A DNA stretch of 64,000 bases, taken from the NCBI GenBank assembly GCA_951406725.2, contig OX597843.1:10788001-10852000 (forward strand), read 5' to 3'. Positions 53,250 through 64,000 of this stretch are shown piece after piece. Made by a program: the position numbers and the translations under genes. The notes beneath the pieces were generated by a model. That model was given only the letters and a program-made list of their open reading frames with translations, was not told the DNA's origin and made no database searches. Position 1 is the stretch's first letter, and each line of letters starts with the position of its first letter. The DNA is from Octopus vulgaris. Its lineage: Eukaryota.

Positions 53250-55620
53250 TCTTATTGTCTCACTTGAGATTCTCTGACCCATGTACTGGAGTATAACTGT
53301 GTTGTCCAGGACATGTCTGGCAATTTCAACCCGGGTTTTGGCTGTGTTTTAAACATATAGCTTTTGTCTTTTCCACTTGAAATAATCCCCAACGAGTTAT
53401 GTTCTGGAGACTTTGATGAAGTACTTGGTATGAGGGAAGATTTAATCCTCTTCCATCTTTTCGTTGGCCGGTTTATATATTTCTCTGTTCTCATAACTTT
53501 CAATCTCGTCTACCAAACAACCTCTTTCGCTAAAGCCACAAGACAAAGAAAAACTATGTTCTCTGCCCAGTTCCAGGAGAGGGACGGGATATAATCCTTA
53601 TAGACTCAGCCATTAGCCAGATCCATTTTACACACGACATTTATTCGATATAACTCTGCAAGTCAGCAATTCCCTGACACTGAACGACTGTGTGCAGAAT
53701 GGTTTTATCGCTCTGCTCGCATATCAGAAAAGCTCGAACAGCTAGGGTGCCTTGATAGCACTTCCTGAACTGAGGCTTCCGGAAGTTAACCATAGTAGTT
53801 CTCGATCCGAAAGTCCTCCTGAACAGAGTAACCAATTTGTTTCCATCGACATCTAAACTTTCTCGGAGGATACATTCATTCTTCCTTGCTACAAATCCTC
53901 TACATTGCTAGAGTAGAGCGTCTACAGATTCAGTTACACAACTACGAGTGGGATAGATTGCCTGATGACATAATAGATACCGGGAATCTAATCTTGGTCT
54001 TAAGTTCACTGAGGACCGAAGCCCATTCACAGACACGAACCGCGAAAAAACGTGCTTCACGATCGGTCTCCACACCCTCAACGCGTGCCTGTGGATTGGC
54101 AGCAAGAGCATTCCTAACCCGTCTTTCAGAAGGAGCTGCACAAAGATAGACTGTTCGATAATCGGAACACTTCTCTTCCACGAAAAGTAAATCCAGTGTA
54201 ATGGAAGCTGGGACAGGGCATGATGGTCATGTGATAATCAATAAAATAGGTGATAAGACATTTCCTCACCACTGCCCGACCCTTCGGAGACAGCTTTATT
54301 TCGGCCCATTTCTGATGAAGACTAGCCACGCTGCTCCTTATCTTTTTTCAGACCTTCTCTACCTGGACTTAGGGAGAAATCCAGACGCCAAGTAATTTAA
54401 GCTGTTCACCGTGCCAGCATAGCACAACACCTTTTCGCCAGCCTCTCCACCTGCCTCTCCAGATGCCTAGCTTTATATCTACTCAATTGTCCAAGTTGAT
54501 CTTAGTGCATGTCACCGTTTCGTATTATTTTAAAATGTTTGTTTTCACTTTGGTAGTATCCAATACCATGACAATGGCATCGTCCGCATAAGCTGACAAG
54601 GACTTTCCAGTTCGAAAGGAACATCTTTGAACTGGTTCCATCTATCGCTGTTGTGACTTAAAACCCGGTACCTTCATGCGAGGCGAGAGAGAGGGCAGCC
54701 TTCTTTGAGAAAAGGCTGCAAACTTTGACCACCGAGTAGGTGTCGCTGTGCATCGCAGCGAATAAAAGTGTTGTAAAAAATGTTCGAACTCTGCCACTTC
54801 TTGCATATCGTCCAAGTAAAGTGTGTCCACGACCCTAACAAAAGCTTTCATTTTTACCCATATGTTAAATTCTGAATTTGCAAAGTTTATGGGCCGAAAA
54901 TTGTATAATGTGTCTCCTTTTCTTAGTGGCATTGCCACTCCAGTCTCACACCACTTGGAATTCCCCCCGTCCTGCTGCTAGTTGCGATAATCATCTTTTA
55001 AGAGGTCCCAGGCAAATCTGGCATGAATTCCTTAATCTCAGAAAGCAGACCATCTTAACATGGCAGTTTGTGCCTTCTTCCTTCGCTCATCACCTCCAGT
55101 ACACAAGCTAGTGTCATCAGCTTCTCACTGGACCAGGTAGACCATGGAGGTAGGCACTTAAGGTCGCCTATTGTCTCCGAATCATTAGCCATACATATCT
55201 GTTCTTCGAAACTGAGTACCACGTACCGTTTCCATCCACCAAAGGCCAAATTGTGGGTGTTTGTTCCCTCATGTTTTAATGCAGAGACGGCTTTTGCTCT
55301 GGTAACGCAGTCTTCTTGTTTTTCATTAAAGAAATGCTCGAGGGCAAATTCAAAACTAGAATGTTGGTTGCCATGCTTTTACCAAATACCTCTCCTAATC
55401 ACCTTTTCACTCTATTCCTCTTTATTGGTAGCTCTTTTCGAAACACTTTCGATTCTCATCTAATAGGCCCCTTAAGTACGTCCTACCACCGGTTCTTCCT
55501 GGTTGCTTCTGTCACCTGATGCTTAACTAATTCATTAAAACGCTTCCTGTAATCTTTGCGAGCTGGTAGGGACACGTCCAACTTCCAACGACCCTTTCTA
55601 AATCTAGCGTTCCGAGGTCA
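53250..55620 (-). mobile_element. Decayed Tx1/L1-clade LINE ORF2
   Basis: GRWKLDVSL, FRPINFANSEFNI, LSAYADD and KWAEIKLSPKGRAVV; many stops and frameshifts. Confidence 0.75.
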
Positions 55621-56029
55621 TTGAAGTGAGACCTTTGTTTCCGAATTGATTCCTGGTCACATGCATTCATATATCACACTCTAAGTACAACCATGTTTGT
55701 CAGGCAATGATCACTCATAAGTTCGCGTGTTCGATTCCTGGACAGGGTGGCACGTTGTGTTCTTAAACAAGGCACCTCATTTCGCTTTGACCCAGTCTTA
55801 ACTTAAAATGAGTTCCAGTCTAGTGATGGTCATCAATCTCTCCTTCATGTGTCTTATCCTTGCTGTCCCATTGAGTTAAGGATAAAAATACCGAGAGGGT
55901 GTCTACGTTTACACTGGCACCTAAAACAATTAGCGAGAGCATAGTACAAGCTACCTGGTCACAATGGCTTTCGAGTGATGGTTGTAGATATATTTTAATG
56001 GAAAAGAAGAAAGTAACATTTCAGTTTAC

Positions 56030-56121
56030 CTCTGCTCCTGGACAGTTTGTCACTCCTGAATGATTGCACATCATCCCTGAACATGTCTGACACTGTAAAT
56101 TCCGTTGAAACAACGAGTAAT
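56030..56121 (-). CDS. Internal exon, N-terminal part of the Ly6/uPAR (LU) domain
   Basis: Acceptor ttatgttctctAG and donor GTaaac; 92 nt, phase 1 to 0. Translates (N)YSLFQRNLQCQTCSGMMCNHSGVTNCPGAE, with the LxCxxC start typical of LU domains. Confidence 0.88.
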
Positions 56122-56565
56122 CTAGAGAACATAAATAAATATCCATATTTAGGAACCAAATAGTGTCATGCATAGCAATAACAAGAAATACTTTGTGATG
56201 TGAAGCAAATATATACGTGTTAAGTGTTGGAATTAATACATGTTAGACATATAATCCAAATTATTACGGAAGACTATAAACATGTTCTTATACATTAACA
56301 AAGACTATAAACCTTTTCCTAATTTATGAACTATAAACATGTGAACAATAAACATGGTCTTAATGCATGAACTGAGCCAAACAATATTTGAATAAAAATA
56401 GAAACCATTGGCAATAGTATGCTGCTCTTTTGAATATATATGTTTAAGGATGTATGTCAGTATTCAGTTTTATTTGAAGATTTTTTGCCAATTAAGAGAG
56501 AACCGGTTTCTAAGCTAGATCCAAGGCTCTTCATTAGAGTTTCAACAACATTAACAGGGTACTTT

Positions 56566-56597
<32 letters not shown>

Positions 56598-57216
56598 TGT
56601 ATGTATGTATGTATGTACGTATGTATGTACGTACGTACGTATGTATGTATGTATGTATGTATGCATGTATGTATCTACGTATGTATATATGTATGTATAA
56701 GTACAGATTGGTATGTTTTGCAATATGCATGTATTCTCATGCATACACTTGCGTATCTAGACATAATTGTATATATATAAATGATAAACTTGTGGAGAGT
56801 TGTACAGATTTTTACAGTTCCAGTGATACCATGGGTCATCACAATTGCTTAAGGTAAAAATGAATTCTCGCTCTTTCGGAAACATCAATCTTCTGTATTG
56901 ACCGCTTTCCACCACTTTGATCTGTTTTTTGTATTGAATACGTATCGCCACCGTGGGCCACTGCATCGAACACTTTGAACATATACTTCAAACTATATAC
57001 TTCAAACTATACATGAACTATATATCAACTATACATGAACTCTAAGATGTCTGACTCCGTTGTGTATTATAAATGAATTTCTTGTGTTTGACGGCATGAG
57101 CTGTCTTTTTTTATATATAACTTTTTTTTGATAAGGTTCATTTCAGGAACTGAAACATGTTATAATGTATATATAAAAATTAAAAATTGTATAATACAGC
57201 AGCATTTTCGAACTTC

Positions 57217-57271
<55 letters not shown>

Positions 57272-57519
57272 TAAAAGCAAAATGAAAAGACAAACTGCTT
57301 GGCAAGACTCGTCAAGGACATTTAATCTAAATATATAATAAAATGTTATAATACATAGTCTATTAGTCTTTTATTCTTTTACTTGTTTATGAATTTATTT
57401 TCCAAGACTTCTGATGTGAAATCCCGTGTTGAAACACATATTGTTGTATTTCGGGATGGTCATTTTTTTCGCCAAATAAATATACCTTTATTATTGTTCT
57501 TATTCTAACTCATGACCAT

Positions 57520-57564
57520 TGTCTGAAAATCTTTCGTCGCGCATCTGTGACCTCTTCAGTGACA
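57520..57564 (-). ncRNA. Degenerate hammerhead-like motif
   Basis: Minus strand reads tgtca-CTGAAGA-gGTC...GAC-GAAA-GATTT-TC-agaca. Stems I and III are imperfect. Confidence 0.5.
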
Positions 57565-57789
57565 CATTTCGTCTTCGTGTGTGCCCCTGCTCCACATATT
57601 TGATTCTACTCTTCTTTTGGAATGTATGTATGTATGTATGTATGTATGTATGTATGTATGTATGTATGTATGTATGTGTATATCTGTGAGTATGTGTGTA
57701 TGTGTGCATGTACGTGTGCGCATATACATTTCTATACATAATGATGTGTATGTCTTCTTGGGTGGTGTACGTAATCGATCCCCATATTA

Positions 57790-58225
57790 TGTCCATCACT
57801 TGGAACCATGGCTGCCTTTAACAGAGGCTTCTTCTCTGTTGTAAACAATCAAGGCATGTCTCTGGTTTGAGGATATCTTCCTCCCTTTTCTCCAGCCAAT
57901 CACAGCAGCCTTGGAAAGGGTCACGGTAAAGACATTTACCAACCTCATATACTCAAAACAAGGCTTGTTCGTGATCCGGTCTAGGTGAACACTGGCCCAT
58001 AATATCAAGGACATCTTAAAGTATCATAGAGTCATCCTACTTGGCAAAGCATCACCAGTCACTCGATGTTTCCGCTTCACCGACCACTCTACCCAACGCC
58101 TCTCGCTTTTCAAGTTGACCTTCAGCACCGGATTCTCCATTTCTTCAGGAAAGTGATGTATGTCTTCTATCTCAAAACTTATACAACTTTTGATTTCAAT
58201 TCCTGCCCACGTCGCAGTTTTTACA
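57790..58225 (+). mobile_element. Possible very decayed PLE endonuclease C-terminus
   Basis: EH...DI...SPVTRCFRFTDHS...FYLKTY..FDFN pattern; adjacent to an inverted hammerhead-like motif. Confidence 0.4.
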
Positions 58226-60052
58226 CACACAAACATCTCACCTCGGTCATCATAGTTACTCTCTTCATACTTTATCACACACACACACCTCTTCCCCTAG
58301 CGTCTTCTATCATTTACACATACATACAAACAAGTATTATACACTGGTACATGGACCCACACATATTCGTGCACACACACACACACACATGTGCCCTCAC
58401 ACATTCACTTTCTTAAACCTTGCTTTGGTTTGTACCTCTAAATCATTCACGTCTCTCTCCTCCTTTTACCTTTCATTACTGCTTGGCCGCTCTTAACTGC
58501 CACCATTTCACTCCCATATACATAACCGCCACGCAATCGCTCTTTTTCCGTCTCTCTCTAATTGTGTTCACTCTTCTTCCAATAAGAAACACTTTTGCTC
58601 TTCTCTCCTTCTTCTGACACCCATTTTCTTACCCTCTCTTCACATTTGTGTACCAACGCCTTGCTTGGACCGTCTACATTATTTGATCTTCATGAAGTGT
58701 GCCATCTTGTCAGACTTTTTATATTCCTGATTTTTTTTCTTTGGTTTCTTGGAATTTATCTTGTCTTGATATTTGATCTTCTCAAATAATTTTTTCTCGC
58801 ATTCGAATTTTAGCTTCTAGTTTCTGCTGAATCTCTCCATGTCACGTCTTACAGCCTTTACAGTGTTCACAAAGCATTGAGCAGCAAGCATGATGTTAGC
58901 ATGTTGATAACCGGTACGAAACATAATGATACATGTGACTGTTTTCCAATATTCAGATGGATCCCAGTCCTCCATGTCAGCTAAAGTTTTCTCAGCTACA
59001 ACTTTATGTTTATGCTCTCCAACGCCATTGACTATTCACGAATACATTAAGCTTTTCCTGAAAAAATGGCATATAAAGATCGTCATATTTAATCCGAACA
59101 CTGCACATTTTCCTCCATATGTTCATCCTCTACGTTCATTATTCTTGTGAGGGTCATGAAGATAGAGTCCTGAAGTACCTCATGCATAGGGTCCTATCAA
59201 AAGCAATTGTCAATACACTTTATGGCTGGATTCTCGAACGGGACCGACTGAAACTGGATATTATCTCACCATCTTGTTCTTGGTCTACCCTTAGATTTTC
59301 TGCCGGTTTGGAGAGACGCCGTCATCTCCGAAGCATGGACCCTGTCAAGTAGTGTTATTCTAGAGATTCTTCGGAGGAAATTCTTTTCGGCCTCTGTTAT
59401 TTGTGATCATACTCGTCCGGTCGTTAATCAACATTCATGTCCATAGGTGAGGGTAGGCTTTCTTACCAAGCTGCCCTTTTCTGAGGATCGAATACTAGAG
59501 CATTTATTGTACCTCGGGAAGGTCATTATGCCAATAATAAACGCTCGCACTTGTTCAATTTCACTTCTTTATGATTCGTCAATTTGTTTAATCATTTGTT
59601 AACCAATTATTCTCTCAATCCGTTATGGTTGTTAGAGACATTTTGTCGCCATTCACGACCTCTTCAATGTCAATCTTATTTTCTGGTTCTATGCTTATGT
59701 AGTCGAACGGATGTGAGTGAGAATGTATGTGAGAGAGGGTGAGTTAGAAGGAGGATGTGTGTATGTTAATTAATGCCTGCGTGCGCTGTTGTGTGTGCGC
59801 GTGTGTTATATATGTGTGCTCGTGTATGTGTGTGTGTGTGTGTGTCGATTAGGGTTTGTGTGATACAGTTGACTCCTTAAATGCATTAGAAAGAATATGT
59901 GAAGCGTATGGATGGCAAAACGTTTATTTCTTTATATTTGTATCTGTTGGTCCTGTTTCGTAAGACATTATATTGTGAGCTGCAGAGAATAACCGGAATT
60001 TTCTTTGTGTTAATAATAAAAGAACAAGAGAAACAAGGAGGATTTTACTAAC

Positions 60053-60210
60053 TTGTACATTGCGAATATTTCGGTATAGGTATTCTTTTGCCGAGATCTG
60101 TCTGACACTCGCCACTGACATTCACATTTCTGTTATAGTTATTTCTCATATATTTCACCAAGGCTGGCAGGTGACATCCACACATCAAATCCTTATTGCC
60201 ATCGAAGGCG
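60053..60210 (-). CDS. Internal exon encoding an LRR C-terminal cap (LRRCT) of an LRR + Ly6/uPAR-domain protein
   Basis: Acceptor ttataattacAG and donor GTtagt; 158 nt, phase 2 to phase 1. Translates AFDGNKDLMCGCHLPALVKYMRNNYNRNVNVSGECQTDLGKRIPIPKYSQCT, matching the LRRCT pattern (GN..xCxCxL...C...C). Joins in frame to the next exon. Confidence 0.85.
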
Positions 60211-60869
60211 CTGTAATTATAAAGAGAAATCTAACTGAATTCGCTTCAGATCAAAAGAGAAACTTCTGTTTGATTTAACAAGAAACAAGGTTTATAAAAT
60301 TTGAGCAAGCTTATTAAAGTTATGACATTCAGGTTTATTTTTTCCAAAAGATGCTGATAACATCAATAATGTGAAATGGTTTTTACTGAAAAACGGAACC
60401 ACATAAAGTTCTCTGTTCTCTTTTAGCTAACATTATTGAATAATAAAGTGACTTTAAGCGAGAAGACTACTAGCCACTTGAAATGATTCCATTTTATGGT
60501 GGTTTAGGGCGGTTTTGGTGTCGGAGGTTTGGTAATAACAACCTGGCCATTGTTTCTGACTAAAACACATTTAGACGGGACGTTGTGGCACTAAGAACGT
60601 TGTGATTGTTCTACGCACCAACTATCTTTAAAGGTTGGAGATGTACCACTGCAGAAACTGAAGAAGTACAGAGATGTATTTTATTTGTTTTACTTTCTAT
60701 GGCAGACATGCACGTGAATGCTCATAATTAGGAAGGAGAAAATAAAATGATAAAGGGTTATTTTTCGAACTATCATTAAATATTTTCTGCTTTTTCTAAA
60801 CAATAACGATGGCATGGCACAGCCATTTGGCTCACCAATTCTGTGCTTCTTCTTTTCCCATCTTTCCAT

Positions 60870-62030
60870 GCCATAACTTCCCTTCGTAATCTGGTGTGTT
60901 TATTTAAATAGTCTACGAATGTATATAGTGAATTTCTCTGTCCTGGGTGTCGGAAAGACACTCGGCAAGAAATGGAAACAAAATTGAAAGAAAGCAATTA
61001 CCCAGCTGGATGACAAAAGGAAAGATATTGTTATGGGCCGAGGATCCTGAAAAGGGAAATGTTGCATCCAACTTTAGACCAATAACAGGCTTCTGCTAAT
61101 GTGGAGACTAATGTCAGGTGCTTTGGCCGGTGAACCGTATAGATTCTTGAAAAAAGTGGACTGCTAGATATTGAACAGACAGGGTGCCGAAGGAGGAGTC
61201 GGGGTACGAAGGATCAGCTCTTAATTGATGATCTAATTAGCAGGAACTGCAAGAAACGACACACAAACCTGAACATGTTATGGGTTGTCAATCTTAAAGC
61301 ATACGATATGAAACCACTCACCTGGATAATAAGAACAATGGAAATGTATGGAATAGTAGAAAATATGTGAAGCCTCATATGGAATGGCATGAAGGACTCG
61401 TGAACGAAATTGGCAGCATGGAATCAAGCATTAAGAGAGGCGAAAATCAAAAAGAGGAATCTTCCTGGGAGATAAAGTGCCCCCACTGATCTTCGTGCTA
61501 AGAATGATTTCCTTGATTGAAATACTACAGAAGACAAAGTTGGGGTATGATCTGGGAAAAGGTAAGGGAAAACTAAACCACTTGCTATTCCTGGACGACC
61601 TGAAGCTATTCACAAAAACTGAGTCAGAACTGGACAGCCTAGTCCAGTCTGTGCGGATTTTATCCAATGAAATTAAGATGGAGTTTGGAGTCTCAAGATG
61701 TGCTACGACGGTGATGAGACGAGGAAAGCTTCTCAGGACAAGGCATATGGTTGCTAAGTGGTGAAAGGATGAGGGCAATTCAACCTCGATCCAGCTATAA
61801 ATACCCGGAAATACTTGAGGCAGATAGAATCAAACACAACGACATGAAGGAAAAGACAAAAAGAGAGTACCTGAGGCGAGTGAGAAATATATTGGCTTCG
61901 AAGGTAAATGCCAGAAATTTCGGCAATAAACTCGCACGCAGTCGCAATAGTTCGGTATGGCGCTGGAATCGTGAAGTGGAGAGAGAAGAAACTAAAGGAG
62001 ATGGACAGGAAGACAAGAACAATGAACAGG
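60870..62030 (+). mobile_element. Decayed R4/Dong-like non-LTR retrotransposon RT
   Basis: [31 protein letters not shown] and KLNHLLFLDDLKLF...MEFGVSRCA; frameshifted. Confidence 0.8.
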
Positions 62031-63109
62031 GCTTACATCTCTTACGGCTGTTATTCAAAGTACGGCGTGCAGATACTCTAATGTTAGACTTCCTGGAGTC
62101 AGAAGTAGAGATTAATAGTTCTCTTATATTTCTATTCCGTCTAAATGCTACAATAGGCTTTGTTGAAGTGAAAATATTTTCTGCTTTGAATCAAACTGTA
62201 TTTCAGGTTCAGCATGAACTAAGCTCACATTTCTTTCTTTTGGTCTTTAATTATTCTTCACATATAAACGCAAACGAATATATACGAATATAATTATTTG
62301 GGGACATATTACAGAATTCCGCGTATCAGAATTGGTAAGGTACAATTAAATAGGATGGAGAGAAAGAGAGAATATCTTCTTTAGATAGCATTCTAGATAT
62401 ACTTCGGAGACGTAAGACAAACATGATACAATAAAATGTATCGGTCAAAGAGACTACATGGAGTATACATAGTAATGCAGTATATAGATGACATACAATA
62501 TATAGTGGACATGTATAGGTAATATACTACATGATATACCAAAAAGGTTACAAACTAGATTTAGATGATATGCAAGGTATATGTAGCTAATCTATAACAT
62601 ACAAATTACCAACTATTAGATAGAGCTGACCTCCTAGCTACAGCCGGCAAACACATTAGGTATTTTGGTCAAAGTCGATAGTTTTTGCTGACCTGCGAGG
62701 TATTGCTGAGTAAAATACTAGTTATATCTGATATAATAGCTTTAATTGATAAACATCCTAAATAAATCTGGAAATTAAGGCAGATATATCTGAAATAATA
62801 GGCTTTTCAAATAATTCGCTCACATTCGTCACTCATTTTTTTACAAAAATAATCTTCAGAAAAGAGAATGTTCTGAACCCTTTACACTTTGGCCGAACCA
62901 TTACCGAGTATTTACTTATTAATTTATTTATTAATTTACTTTTTAAGTTACCGTAACCACACTACAATTATTTTAATTCTAAATTATTTATTCCTTCAAG
63001 AAAATATTTTGTTTTAATTACTATGTTATCCTTTGTTAATTCGATGTTAATTTTTTCCTTTGTAATTCTCATTAATTCAATCAGTCTTCTGAATCAGTGA
63101 CTGCAACCA

Positions 63110-64000
63110 TAGCTACGACCTGGCGCGATGTGTAATGAGCAGTATGGATGTAGTATCCTTATACCCATCCATTGATGTTGACACAGAAGAACTGGGCCCC
63201 TTCCTGAAACTGACAGTTGACAAGGCTTACTTAGATGAATATGACATTAGTTGTTTCTGTCCCACTACATCGGTAAAAGGTAGACCCCCTACTATCACCT
63301 CAGTGACCAAGAAGACTCCTAGAGAGAGAGATGGAACGGGTGGACCAGCGCTATACCAACCACTCAAAATGATGATCGTGTAAAAGAGATGGTTGCACAT
63401 GCGATGAGTGCGAGCGAGTCCCCGGGTGACAGTTAAGGGCCACATATTCAAGTTTAATAACAAGATATACGCCTAAGAGGAAGGTGCAGCCATCGGTGTG
63501 AGTGTCGCTGATGATGAGGCTAACCTATTTATGTTATGGTCGGATAGGGACTCAAAGAGAGATTAGCAGGGAACTCCAGAACCCTAACCATGTACTCCCC
63601 CTATGTGGGTGATATCGACATAGTGGCCAAAGTGAAATAAAGTTACAGTAGACCACCCTAACACGCACCCGAAACATAGGCTACTGGATTTAGATGCGGA
63701 ACACTGGCTGGAAACTAAGAATAGTAAGGTCCAGATCTTTCATTTCCACTATGCCCAACCTATGGCTTCTAAATACTTGGTCCACAAGAAGGAAGCTACT
63801 GCAGACAACGCAAGTTTCATATTCTAATAGTGGACTTGGTGAGAATGATGAGGAATGTGTCTCGCATTTGCGACCTTTGAGAATTGGAAAGACATATAGA
63901 ACACTTCATCCACTGCAAACGGGTCACTGGCTAGAACCAAAGGAACAGGATTAGAGTGTACAAAGAAGCCAGGGCTAAGTACAAGGCCATCATAAAGAGT
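63110..64000 (+). mobile_element. Decayed Penelope-like element reverse transcriptase
   Basis: SMDVVSLYPSI, HIFKFNNKIY.*EGAAIG...ANLFM, YVGD (from YVDD), HYAQPMAS and LVRMMRN. Confidence 0.8.

Noticed and set aside
56757-56980. ORF 56757..56966 and nearby unique sequence as an extra exon
   Set aside because: There is no phase-compatible splice pair or recognisable motif, and the flanking exons already join seamlessly.
60211-63100. Upstream LRR exons of the LRR-LU gene
   Set aside because: Candidate AG...GT segments (~60620-60657, ~62046-62092, ~62824-62872) give no LxxLxLxxN pattern, have the wrong phase or contain stops.

Overview
AT-rich eukaryotic DNA. The SINE families, the very high (TA)n/(CA)n/(TTA)n microsatellite load and the repeat types suggest an octopus (coleoid cephalopod) genome; this is an inference from repeat recognition. 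Nearly all supplied ORFs are microsatellite or SINE artefacts. One real host gene is visible on the minus strand as five phase-compatible GT-AG exons (60210-60053, 56121-56030, 51928-51745, 49268-49186, 47027-46975; 570 nt, no stops). They encode an LRR C-terminal cap, then a 12-Cys Ly6/uPAR (three-finger) domain, then an unassigned domain. The 5' exons were not found in the window and probably lie beyond its right end; the next 3' exon was not found, and a 100-N gap sits at 44932-45031. The rest is mobile DNA: CORE-, Meta- and other tRNA-derived SINEs, non-autonomous Helitrons, nested piggyBac-type MITEs, Tc1/mariner remnants, CR1-like, Tx1/L1-like, R4/Dong-like and RTE-like LINE fragments, and Penelope-like (PLE) RT and GIY-YIG remnants. 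The most striking unannotated signal is a diverse set of small non-coding elements carrying minimal type I hammerhead ribozymes with palindromic loop III. About a dozen motifs are visible, roughly half with an intact CUGANGA/GAAA core. Many are built as fold-back inverted repeats or tandem monomers embedded in (TA)n tracts, and several lie in the introns of the LRR-Ly6 gene.
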